From Giardia intestinalis (Eukaryota): DNA of 64,000 bases. Positions 48,088 to 56,996 of this stretch are shown here, in pieces. The position numbers and the translations under genes were made by a program. The stretch lies in NCBI GenBank assembly GCA_000002435.2, contig CM018792.1, one strand, 5' to 3'. Each line of letters begins with the position of its first letter. Position 1 is the first letter of the stretch. Under the pieces are notes generated by a model. That model worked only from the letters and a program-made list of their open reading frames with translations, was not told where the DNA came from and did not search any database.

Positions 48088-48442
48088 GACGTGGAATGTT
48101 ACATGCTATTAAGAATGGTACAAGCGTGGCCGTTCTGTTATCAGAAACTGTTCTCTTTACGGTCTTGTTTACGTAGAGTCTGTCACCATGGGTGTTACCA
48201 CAGTGCAAGAGCACCTCTTAGATTGGATGGTTCTCGCAAAAAAGGCGGACTTATGAAAGTAGTTGCACTCTTGACATTTAACTAAAAGCGATTTGACAAG
48301 TGATTCTTATAAGCCTCGTCACAATCTAGTAAATTATGCTCCCTACACCACCCAGGCGAGTGCCAAACTTCACAGAGAGCAGTTTCACTTGATTTATAAG
48401 ATTCGGGTGGGCGGAGTAAATTGCGTTAAAATTTAGATCCTC

Positions 48443-51400
48443 ATGACGGACGACGAATGGTTTAGTGCTGCCCAGCGCGGCGATGTGGGAGTTATAGAAG
48501 CACTAGTTACTGAACATGCCGGCAGGAAAGACGACAAAGGACGAACAGCACTTATGATAGCAGCGAGATCGGGCCACGAGGATATAGTCATGCACTTGCT
48601 TGAGTACGAAAAGGGGGCGGTTGATATGGACGGCTCGTCAGCTCTTGTTCACAGCTTTGAACGCGACTTGCTAGGCATATGCCTTGCTCTTGCTCCTTAC
48701 GAGCATAGTGTTTTGGATGCAGATGGCCGTTCCCCGCTCTCCATCGCAGCTAGCGAAGGCGCGTGCAACTCGGTTACTATTCTACTGCAGTACTATGATG
48801 GCATGGAGGATAGATCTGGGCGAACTCCCTTAGATTATTCTGCCCTATCTGGACAAACACACTCTCTGGAAATTTTACTAAGGTCTAGCCTTTTTGGCAA
48901 ACAAGCAATACTAAACACCATTCAACGTCTCAATGAGACCTCAAACCTTTCACTTGAGTGTACATATCTGCTGGAGCAGGAGCTTCGGCGCATCGGAGAC
49001 ACAGCAGAGCAAGATCACCACGAGGATGCGGCAGTACTTACTACCAATCTTTCTAATTTTCCCCTACCACTATGTAACCAACAAGCGGGAACAGAAAGAG
49101 ATGATGAAGGTAACGACAGCTTGCTAGTTGACGCGTTTTCGAGCTCTCAGGATCGTCAAAGCGGAAACCAGTCTCCAGACCATTTAGATCATCAATTGTC
49201 CTCTCAGCAAAGTCTAGCAAATGAGCAGGAAGATGGGGCCCTTGACGAACCCTTCAATCAGTTTGATCCCATTCCTCAGGAAAACGGACTAGATTCTATC
49301 AACGATTCCATAGATTCAGGGCTTAACTTTGTCTTACCCCCTTCTCTTACGGCGACAGCTGAAGCTATTGACGAGATGCCCCATATACCAGAAGACCTCC
49401 CAAATAACTGCAGTAGCTACAGCGCCTATGGCGTGACTGTCGGTGCAAGTAGTCGCTACACAGAAGAAGACCTTGCAGAGCGCGATTTTGGGGATGCTCT
49501 CTCCAGGTCTTCTAATGATGTGAGTAGCTATTACATGACCAAAGGAGACGGCAACGTAGACGACGATACAACTGGGCCACTTGACTTTCAAACGCCAAAG
49601 CATTGCGCCGGCAGTAGAACCCAGGTCCTGGATAGCAAATTTGAGCTCGGAGCTACTAGTGTTACAATGTCTCTTAATGAGCGAGTTCTTGACAGTATAA
49701 TGCGCGAGGATTTTAAGCTGAGCGAATCCGAGTTCTTTCTGCGGTCGCTAAACATATCCGGGGGAGCTGACATAGTTTACAATGCCACGACATACCTCAA
49801 GGAGCTCGAAGAGAGCTTAAAGCGTTTGCAAGCAGATGCAGGAGCAGAAGAGCTGAGTGATAGTAGGCAACTTGCCTTAAGATCGGCCATTATCGAAAAT
49901 TTGCAATCACAGTTGAGCATTTTCAAAGAGACCACGGAGCGCCTGGCAGGGCTTATTAAAAAAACAACTGCCGACCTATCAGGATTCCAATCTGAATTGC
50001 AATCTAGAGATAATTTAATTGAAAAGCTTCGGGAACAAATCCTTGAGCTTAAGCCTGCAACCTGTAGCATAGGGGACTCTTGCCGAGATGATCGCCTAAC
50101 TTTTACCTTGCATATTGCAGACAGGGACACTTGTCCGTTAGAGACCAACGAGCAATCTTGTTTGTCAGACCAGGTAAAGAATTACCAAAAGGAAATCGAA
50201 CTATTGAATCAAAAACTTTCAATGCATGTTGTTCAGTTGACAACTGTTGAAAACCTGTTGGCCAGGCAGGTGGAGGAGTTGTCAACCTTTCACAATCAAG
50301 TCCAGCAGGGTCTTCCCCAACATCGCCCAACGTTTGAGCCAATTACTGTGCTAGAGCGGCGAGTTTTAGAGTTGCTACAGCGCAACGACGAACTGAAGAA
50401 GGAAAATACTAAGCTTATGGACACGTTGGCTAGCGAACAGAAGCATGACATAGAAAACTCAGCCGATAATGCGACTAAGCTGCAGCGAATAGCGGAACTG
50501 GAGGAGCAGTTGTCTTCTTTGCAGCAAATTTGCGTCGACTATGAGGAACTTAACGCTAGGCTAGAGTCGAAGTCGGCTGAAATATCCTGTCTTCATGAAG
50601 CCCTCGAAGCGATGAAGAATGAACAAGAAGAGAAGAACACAATTATTCAGGAACTCAAAGATCAACTTGCTGTGTACCAGCAAAACGTGCAGAGCCCTGA
50701 AAACAGCGAAACAGCTGACGTCATTAAACGGCAGCGTGACGAGATCTCCCGCCTTGATTCCCTTCTAGTGGATAAGAATGAGGAGCTTAAGGTCCTCACT
50801 TTGCGCCTGGCAGATTTAGAATTCAAGCTGACAGAGAGTGAGCTCATGCGAACCACGGCGAAAGAGGCCGACATCGACGGGCCCTCTAAAGAGGATGATG
50901 CTACTGACGCTAGTGCAGTTGTTGCAGCGCTGCAGAACATTGAGCTGACTACACTCCTCCGACAGACAGAGGCCAGTTATTCTAAGCTGCGACAGGAGCA
51001 CAAAGCTCTTCAGAAGCAGCTGTCAGATCTGCATGCCAGCGAAAAGGCTTCTTCCTGTTCCAAATGCAAGCTCCTTATGGCTCAGAATACGGCCCTGACG
51101 CGTGAGAACGAAGCTCACAGAGCAGAGGTGACGCAGCTCAAGTACGAAATACGAGCGTGTGTAGAGCAGATAACTGCTGCGCATGCCACAGCAACATCGT
51201 ACAAGTCGAGACTAGGCTCAAAAGAGAGGGAGATACTTGATTGCCAGAAGGAGATTGACCGATTGCTCCGTATCAATAGCCAGCTCAATGAGCGTCTTCT
51301 GCAACCTCCCCGATCGCGTGTAAGTCCATCCACGCGCCATAGCTACAGTAGCATGGGTTCGTATAGCAACTACGTTCACCCAGCGGATATTGCTAATCAA

Positions 51401-51808
51401 CATTCTTCGACCTTTATTCACAATAGTTACAAATCTCGGACGCCTTCCTACATGCCCAGTTCTAGGTCATCTCCGCGCAAATCTGGAAGCCCACAGACGC
51501 GAAACATTCTGCCAAGCATGATAACGACGCAGTATGCTGCTCAGCTCAGCGAAACAAAGAGCTACCATCCCACGATGGGGCTGTTGCCAAAACGCGAGTA
51601 TGACCGTACAGGGCCGGGTATTGTGCCAACAAGTTATGTCGACCTCAGCATACCTCGTCACAACGACAAGCCGAGCCCTTCCCAGGCTCACCCAACAGCC
51701 CGTCCAAACCTGTATGAGTCCAACAAGCGGATCATGAACGCGTCCCTCCTTGATGCGCTAGCTATGTCTGGCTACACGAGTGAGAACCTCCGCAACGCTG
51801 GTTATTGA
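48443..51808 (+). CDS. Ankyrin-repeat plus long coiled-coil protein, of the Protein 21.1 / coiled-coil class.
   Basis: N-terminal ankyrin repeats (GRTALMIAARSGHEDIVMHLL; GRSPLSIAASEGACNSVTILL) are followed by about 500 aa of heptad-rich sequence (LKELEESLKRLQ..., ELKKENTKLMDTL..., IAELEEQLSSLQQ). Confidence 0.7.
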   Translation: MTDDEWFSAAQRGDVGVIEALVTEHAGRKDDKGRTALMIAARSGHEDIVMHLLEYEKGAVDMDGSSALVHSFERDLLGICLALAPYEHSVLDADGRSPLSIAASEGACNSVTILLQYYDGMEDRSGRTPLDYSALSGQTHSLEILLRSSLFGKQAILNTIQRLNETSNLSLECTYLLEQELRRIGDTAEQDHHEDAAVLTTNLSNFPLPLCNQQAGTERDDEGNDSLLVDAFSSSQDRQSGNQSPDHLDHQLSSQQSLANEQEDGALDEPFNQFDPIPQENGLDSINDSIDSGLNFVLPPSLTATAEAIDEMPHIPEDLPNNCSSYSAYGVTVGASSRYTEEDLAERDFGDALSRSSNDVSSYYMTKGDGNVDDDTTGPLDFQTPKHCAGSRTQVLDSKFELGATSVTMSLNERVLDSIMREDFKLSESEFFLRSLNISGGADIVYNATTYLKELEESLKRLQADAGAEELSDSRQLALRSAIIENLQSQLSIFKETTERLAGLIKKTTADLSGFQSELQSRDNLIEKLREQILELKPATCSIGDSCRDDRLTFTLHIADRDTCPLETNEQSCLSDQVKNYQKEIELLNQKLSMHVVQLTTVENLLARQVEELSTFHNQVQQGLPQHRPTFEPITVLERRVLELLQRNDELKKENTKLMDTLASEQKHDIENSADNATKLQRIAELEEQLSSLQQICVDYEELNARLESKSAEISCLHEALEAMKNEQEEKNTIIQELKDQLAVYQQNVQSPENSETADVIKRQRDEISRLDSLLVDKNEELKVLTLRLADLEFKLTESELMRTTAKEADIDGPSKEDDATDASAVVAALQNIELTTLLRQTEASYSKLRQEHKALQKQLSDLHASEKASSCSKCKLLMAQNTALTRENEAHRAEVTQLKYEIRACVEQITAAHATATSYKSRLGSKEREILDCQKEIDRLLRINSQLNERLLQPPRSRVSPSTRHSYSSMGSYSNYVHPADIANQHSSTFIHNSYKSRTPSYMPSSRSSPRKSGSPQTRNILPSMITTQYAAQLSETKSYHPTMGLLPKREYDRTGPGIVPTSYVDLSIPRHNDKPSPSQAHPTARPNLYESNKRIMNASLLDALAMSGYTSENLRNAGY

Positions 51809-51966
51809 CTATTGACTGGAGTGTAAGCTACACTTCTACAACTGACCGATTGCATGTATGAATGTGAACGCTTTGTATGCTCTTGGGCCTCTGTCCCTGT
51901 TTAGTCTGCACTAGCTGCCAAGTGCTTGCGTTTCGGGTGTCGGTGGTACGTTTTCTAGAGTAAAAA

Positions 51967-54900
51967 ATGCCACCGCCAAGACCAGAAAGCAAGTCAAAGC
52001 GCTCCGAAAAGCGGCGGAAAAGCTTCTGTACAGACACGCAAGCCACTACGTTAGGTTCTGAAATGATCGAAGCTCTTCCAGCCCAGCCCTTACTTGAACC
52101 TAGCGCTCACAGTGATGCCTTCTCGAGCGCAACGCCCAGCACGTCAGTCTTTCTTTCACAAGGAACTATTGAACCACAGAGCACTCTTGTTGCATTTGAG
52201 GCAGATCCTTCTGTAGGCTTGGCCAATAAGCGGGAGAAGAAACCGAAAACGCCAAAACTTACAAAGGAGGAGAAGCGTGCTGCATCACTCTCTGCTCGGA
52301 CAGCTAAGAGCAAGAAACACAAAGACGGGGTAGTAGCACCTGAACTTCTCAAGACATCTGGCACCCTTCCCGTTGAAGATCCAGGCCGCTCTGCAACGAC
52401 TTTACCCGGATCGAGACTTGATATCAAGTTAGTGCCAATAGGATATGAGCCTACGCACATGCTGTCCCGCCCCCTGAGGGCGTATACACGACGGTACCAA
52501 CCGACATCCCCCCAGCCCTTGCTAGCCCTTTCGGGAACAAGCCCGCTGTCTGCTCAGCAGCATATTTGTCGGCCAGCACTTTCGGTTCATCAACCCCCAA
52601 CTAGCTCCACACCTCCGTCGTCGTTATTATTTTCCTACCAGTCCAGTGATCCTAATGTCACCTTTCCTTCTACTGTATCTATATCTGCTGCAAAGCCTAA
52701 CCCCCCTCCGCGTAGAAAGGGCGCCCTTTTCACTCTTACTTCTGTTTCAGCAACAGGGTCTGCCCACAATTCTCACGACCCAGAAACAATTCTTCATAGA
52801 AATCTTTCCCATTGTTGTGCACTCCCTACTGCTACTCATCCGGAGGCTTTAACTGAATCTCGTACAAGGCATTCATTTAGCACCCCCATTACTCCTATAG
52901 GTAGAATTCCTAGGCCAGTATCGGAAGAAGATGACACTGTTCCCATATTCAGGACCAGTGAGCGTGATGAACGATCGGATAGCCAATTCATCACCCTGGG
53001 CTCACCCTCCCAAGTTTTCAGACCCTCTCTCTCAGAACAAGAAGGAGCTTCGCTATCTCTCCACACAGAGTATTTAAACCTACAGAACAATAGCGACGTG
53101 ATTGCTCCTAAGATTTCTGCCAGGAGGCCACGGCCAATGAGCACTACTACTGTCATCCCCCTGCCGCAGCCTTCTGTTTTTGCAGGAATGGATCCGGCTA
53201 GACCGCTTGAGCAGGTTCCTTCGACAATCTTAAACGTTCATGACTCTGCAGATAGGTTTGCTCTTACTGCTTACTCCTCTGCTGCAATGGATTGTCAAAC
53301 CACCCCATTGTCAAATAAGCAGACAAGTACCCTCGAGGTTCATTGCTCCCAAGCGACAACTACGAGGACTTCACCTCATGTACAGCCAAAGTCGCAGGTG
53401 CTGCACGTCATGCAGAACCCTCGAGTATCGTGGGATATGCCGGACCAAGGTTCGATTTCGGCTGCTCTTGGACTTACAGACCCCAATCTTGAACATAATG
53501 CTCTTGGTTGTTCACCTGTATCGCGTCATCAGCAGGACCTGCTTGCGTATGAGCATGCCCTGGACACAGAGTCAGCAATTACTGATGTCATTAATGTAGA
53601 GAGCAGCAGATTTGGACAGCTAGCATCGAGCAGAATCCGTGACATTCTTCTTGAAAGGACACGGTCGATCCCAGAAGGAACTAGTCCACGAGATGTCTAT
53701 CGTCTGGTCCGAAGCCAGCTTAGTTTGATCGACGTTGGTCTCCGCGATAACGCCTTCTCAAATTCAATGATCTACGACAACCACTCAAAGTCACGCACTG
53801 TATCTCCTGTGATACTACACGCTGTTGCCCGCAGCGAAAGCAAATCCAAACGTCAGCTACGGACAGAGGCACCAGATAAGGAAACAGACAAGGAAACAAC
53901 ACTCACAACCGTACGCGACTTACTACCTTCAAAAAATGTCTGTGAGGCTGAGGCTCTGGTGTTGGACACTTCAGAACCTCAGCCATTAAGTTGCCTACTT
54001 GACGACGTTGTCGTTACAACTGCTGACCATGTCGTCGCATCACCTCGAACTGTCTGCACGGATGAAGAACCAGTTTCTTCGCCAGTCTATTATTGTACAA
54101 GAACATACACCACAGAAAAAGGAGTGTTGCAGAAGGTCTCTCAAGAAACTTTAGCGTCTCCGTTAGATAGTCCACAAGAACAACGGAGCATTGTACACAC
54201 AGTGGGCACATCTAGAGACAGTGCTGATCAAATCTTGGAAACTCCGTCTCCGGAAAGGTCCCTCCCTAGTACATCTTCAGAGACCATTGGTAGCACGCAT
54301 GAAAAATCTTTGACAGCATCGTCTCTTCGTCAATCTATGCTTGAACCGTCAGTAGAGCGTAAGTCATTTGACTTTAGTGCAAACCTGCTATCCAGGCATG
54401 ATTTTACTCCGGGAGGTACTGTGACAAATCTTGGTCAATCAGAGTCAGTTTCTACCAACGACTTAATTCTAGGAGACGAGACTTACTCTGGCCGGCTGAG
54501 CTTTGTCCAGCGCGTAATCTATGATTCAGCTGCATGCTCATTTGATAACGGCTCTCAAACGGTAGTTCCTTACCCCCTTATAGCGATGGATTACGATGAT
54601 CTTAGGTGTCTTCTCGTTACTGTAGCAACCGACAACGTCGTGCGCATCTATAACACGCCCCTTCTGGAGCCTGATCAGTACGATGAGCTGAGAAAGGCAC
54701 TAGTTGATGACTCTTCTTCGTTAGCGGCCTATAATATTAGCGAGCCGATGGCTTCATATCTTCCTCAGCATGCACGGACCTTTCCGAGTGCCTCCCCAAC
54801 TGTCATACGACTGGGGCCATCCTTGTTATCTGTGGTAGGCTATGACGACGGTTACGTGTCAGTGTTTGATCTGCAGTCAATGGTCGAAATAGCGTACTGG

Positions 54901-55659
54901 CGCACCCAAGCACAGACAGCCATAATCGACCTCTGCTTCTATGTCTCTGATGACTCCAAGAGCTCCCTATCTCTTTCTCTAGACTCTATCTTCTCTACTA
55001 ATGCCAGCAAGCAATTAGTGCAACAGTTCAACTTACAAGGAACAACTCTGCCGACGCTGTCCGCTCCATTAAGTATCAATTTATTCATTTGCACACAGAT
55101 AACTCTTAGCACATACTCTATTTCACAGGACAAGGAACACGTAATCGATATGTGTACCTACATCCATGAGGACGAGGACGTGTGGTACTCAGCACTTACA
55201 CAGAACAAGGAGAACCCCAGAGAGATATATGTAGGCTGTGTCGGAGGAACTGTCTTTAGGCTATTTGATTGCGCTCCTCAGAGACGAATTTCTCTCTCGC
55301 AGGTAGACAAGGTGACTGCTCTTTCTGTCCATGACAACACTCTCATTGTCGGTTGCAATATGGGGATGACAATTGTCTTTGATGTTCACGCCCTGCAATC
55401 CTTCTATCGACTGAAGAGCTACAAGGACTCGCCTGTATCGGGGGTATATTGTGATAGAAACAAAATTGTTATAGCAAATGCCAGTGGAGTCTTCACTATT
55501 TGGGACAGAAGGAGCCATCTACGATGCGTTTATAGTAGTCTAGTCCATGCGGCTTCCGTTACCAGCCTTAGAGTTGCTGGAAATAGAATTCTCACCTCTT
55601 CGGCTGATGGTTATACGAATTGTTTTGAGTTTTGCAATAGCCGCCTCCAAAGTCCCTAG
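51967..55659 (+). CDS. Hypothetical 1,230-aa protein with a Ser/Thr/Pro-rich disordered N-terminal half and a C-terminal WD40-like beta-propeller.
   Basis: C-terminal repeats show WD-like signatures (TIWDRRSH, TSSADGYTNCFEF, LIVGCNMGMTIVFDV). The N-terminus is low-complexity. ATG in a taaaaaATGcc context. Confidence 0.5.
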   Translation: MPPPRPESKSKRSEKRRKSFCTDTQATTLGSEMIEALPAQPLLEPSAHSDAFSSATPSTSVFLSQGTIEPQSTLVAFEADPSVGLANKREKKPKTPKLTKEEKRAASLSARTAKSKKHKDGVVAPELLKTSGTLPVEDPGRSATTLPGSRLDIKLVPIGYEPTHMLSRPLRAYTRRYQPTSPQPLLALSGTSPLSAQQHICRPALSVHQPPTSSTPPSSLLFSYQSSDPNVTFPSTVSISAAKPNPPPRRKGALFTLTSVSATGSAHNSHDPETILHRNLSHCCALPTATHPEALTESRTRHSFSTPITPIGRIPRPVSEEDDTVPIFRTSERDERSDSQFITLGSPSQVFRPSLSEQEGASLSLHTEYLNLQNNSDVIAPKISARRPRPMSTTTVIPLPQPSVFAGMDPARPLEQVPSTILNVHDSADRFALTAYSSAAMDCQTTPLSNKQTSTLEVHCSQATTTRTSPHVQPKSQVLHVMQNPRVSWDMPDQGSISAALGLTDPNLEHNALGCSPVSRHQQDLLAYEHALDTESAITDVINVESSRFGQLASSRIRDILLERTRSIPEGTSPRDVYRLVRSQLSLIDVGLRDNAFSNSMIYDNHSKSRTVSPVILHAVARSESKSKRQLRTEAPDKETDKETTLTTVRDLLPSKNVCEAEALVLDTSEPQPLSCLLDDVVVTTADHVVASPRTVCTDEEPVSSPVYYCTRTYTTEKGVLQKVSQETLASPLDSPQEQRSIVHTVGTSRDSADQILETPSPERSLPSTSSETIGSTHEKSLTASSLRQSMLEPSVERKSFDFSANLLSRHDFTPGGTVTNLGQSESVSTNDLILGDETYSGRLSFVQRVIYDSAACSFDNGSQTVVPYPLIAMDYDDLRCLLVTVATDNVVRIYNTPLLEPDQYDELRKALVDDSSSLAAYNISEPMASYLPQHARTFPSASPTVIRLGPSLLSVVGYDDGYVSVFDLQSMVEIAYWRTQAQTAIIDLCFYVSDDSKSSLSLSLDSIFSTNASKQLVQQFNLQGTTLPTLSAPLSINLFICTQITLSTYSISQDKEHVIDMCTYIHEDEDVWYSALTQNKENPREIYVGCVGGTVFRLFDCAPQRRISLSQVDKVTALSVHDNTLIVGCNMGMTIVFDVHALQSFYRLKSYKDSPVSGVYCDRNKIVIANASGVFTIWDRRSHLRCVYSSLVHAASVTSLRVAGNRILTSSADGYTNCFEFCNSRLQSP

Positions 55660-55721
55660 GATAAAAGCCTCAGCATCCTAACAGATGAATAATCTAGTTA
55701 GGAAGCAATTTACTTTTATGC

Positions 55722-56888
55722 TTAACGTTTTGGAGCATACAGGTCAAGATGATTTATCACGCCCCACTCAGTGCCATCAGCATCTCCCCCAATACACGCG
55801 GGCTTTGTGGAATGTGAATCCATAGAATTTATGCAGCCAAACGTAGCATGTCTGGGGATTTCATAGCCGTATCTGCTCTTGCGCATCTTCTGAGTATTTG
55901 TCAGCGTAGTGGCATCCAGGCATCCCCGGTCATCAAATCCGCAAGATTGCACGACTTCCTTGACTGAGAGCTCTGTCTTATCTGAGGGCGCTCCACAGAC
56001 AACGTCGCTGGAGGGACCAAACGACGACGTCCCGGCTGGGAGGTCATTGTTTATTGCCCGGGTGGTCTGTGGCATGCGATGGATTGACCTGTATTCGTGG
56101 GCATAAGGAAGGCTATCGCGGGCGCCATTGATGGATCGTACACATGCTTCGGTTGTGTCGGTAAACTGCTTTTCATTTCGTATGCCAAAGCGTTCGTTTG
56201 GGTTAAAGGAGTTGGAGTATCCTCTATCAATCGTGGACTCTAGAGCCGTACGTTTGGGGTCCTGTTTCTGGAGGGGTCCTATGTTGGTGTAGTGATTGTA
56301 AAATCGCTTGTTGTCTTGCGCCACAGTCTCTGCCAAATCGTTCATTGATCTGGTTGATTGGCTTGTGCTTGACGGTCTATATGTATCGTCTAATTGTTGA
56401 GACAATCCAGTTGAGCGTAGGAATCGTCGTGGGTCAGAGGAGGTCTGCAAGGGCGGGGCTCTATGGACAGGCTTGAGGGTATCTGCTGCAGATAGTCCTT
56501 TCTCTTCAACCCCACCAAACACATGGTTCTCATCGAAAATGACGGGATTAAGCTCTTCTGGCTTTCTTATAACTCTGGATTTCTCCAGTGGAAAGCCATG
56601 CGAGAAGTAGATTTTGTCTTCATGGGCAGTCTGCTCAAACAATTCGGCAGCTGTTGAGCTGCGCTCAGGCTGTACCACGTTTGTCATTGGGTACTCGTTT
56701 GGAGCACTGTGTATGCCATACCGCCACTCAGGTGGTGGCAGATCTCGGGGCTGATTAAACCGAGCATACATGCCTAGGGATGGGCACTCTGGATGGCGTG
56801 AAAAATCAAGCGCTTCACGTACTTGGTTAGACGAACGCAGCGCACTTGCTTGGGAAGTGGGTAGATTGAATCCACGAGGGTCAGTCAT
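55722..56888 (-). CDS. Hypothetical protein, about 389 aa.
   Basis: The track start at 56948 is GTG. The first ATG is at 56886-56888 (MTDPRGF...). No family recognised. Confidence 0.4.
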   Translation of the reverse strand: MTDPRGFNLPTSQASALRSSNQVREALDFSRHPECPSLGMYARFNQPRDLPPPEWRYGIHSAPNEYPMTNVVQPERSSTAAELFEQTAHEDKIYFSHGFPLEKSRVIRKPEELNPVIFDENHVFGGVEEKGLSAADTLKPVHRAPPLQTSSDPRRFLRSTGLSQQLDDTYRPSSTSQSTRSMNDLAETVAQDNKRFYNHYTNIGPLQKQDPKRTALESTIDRGYSNSFNPNERFGIRNEKQFTDTTEACVRSINGARDSLPYAHEYRSIHRMPQTTRAINNDLPAGTSSFGPSSDVVCGAPSDKTELSVKEVVQSCGFDDRGCLDATTLTNTQKMRKSRYGYEIPRHATFGCINSMDSHSTKPACIGGDADGTEWGVINHLDLYAPKR

Positions 56889-56996
56889 GAGGATTAATTT
56901 ACAAACTTTAGTTTTTGCCCTTGACACCCGGAAGACGTGCCGAAGCACGGGGATGAAGGATTTACTTAGATCATAAAAATTAAAGAGGTTGCGCGC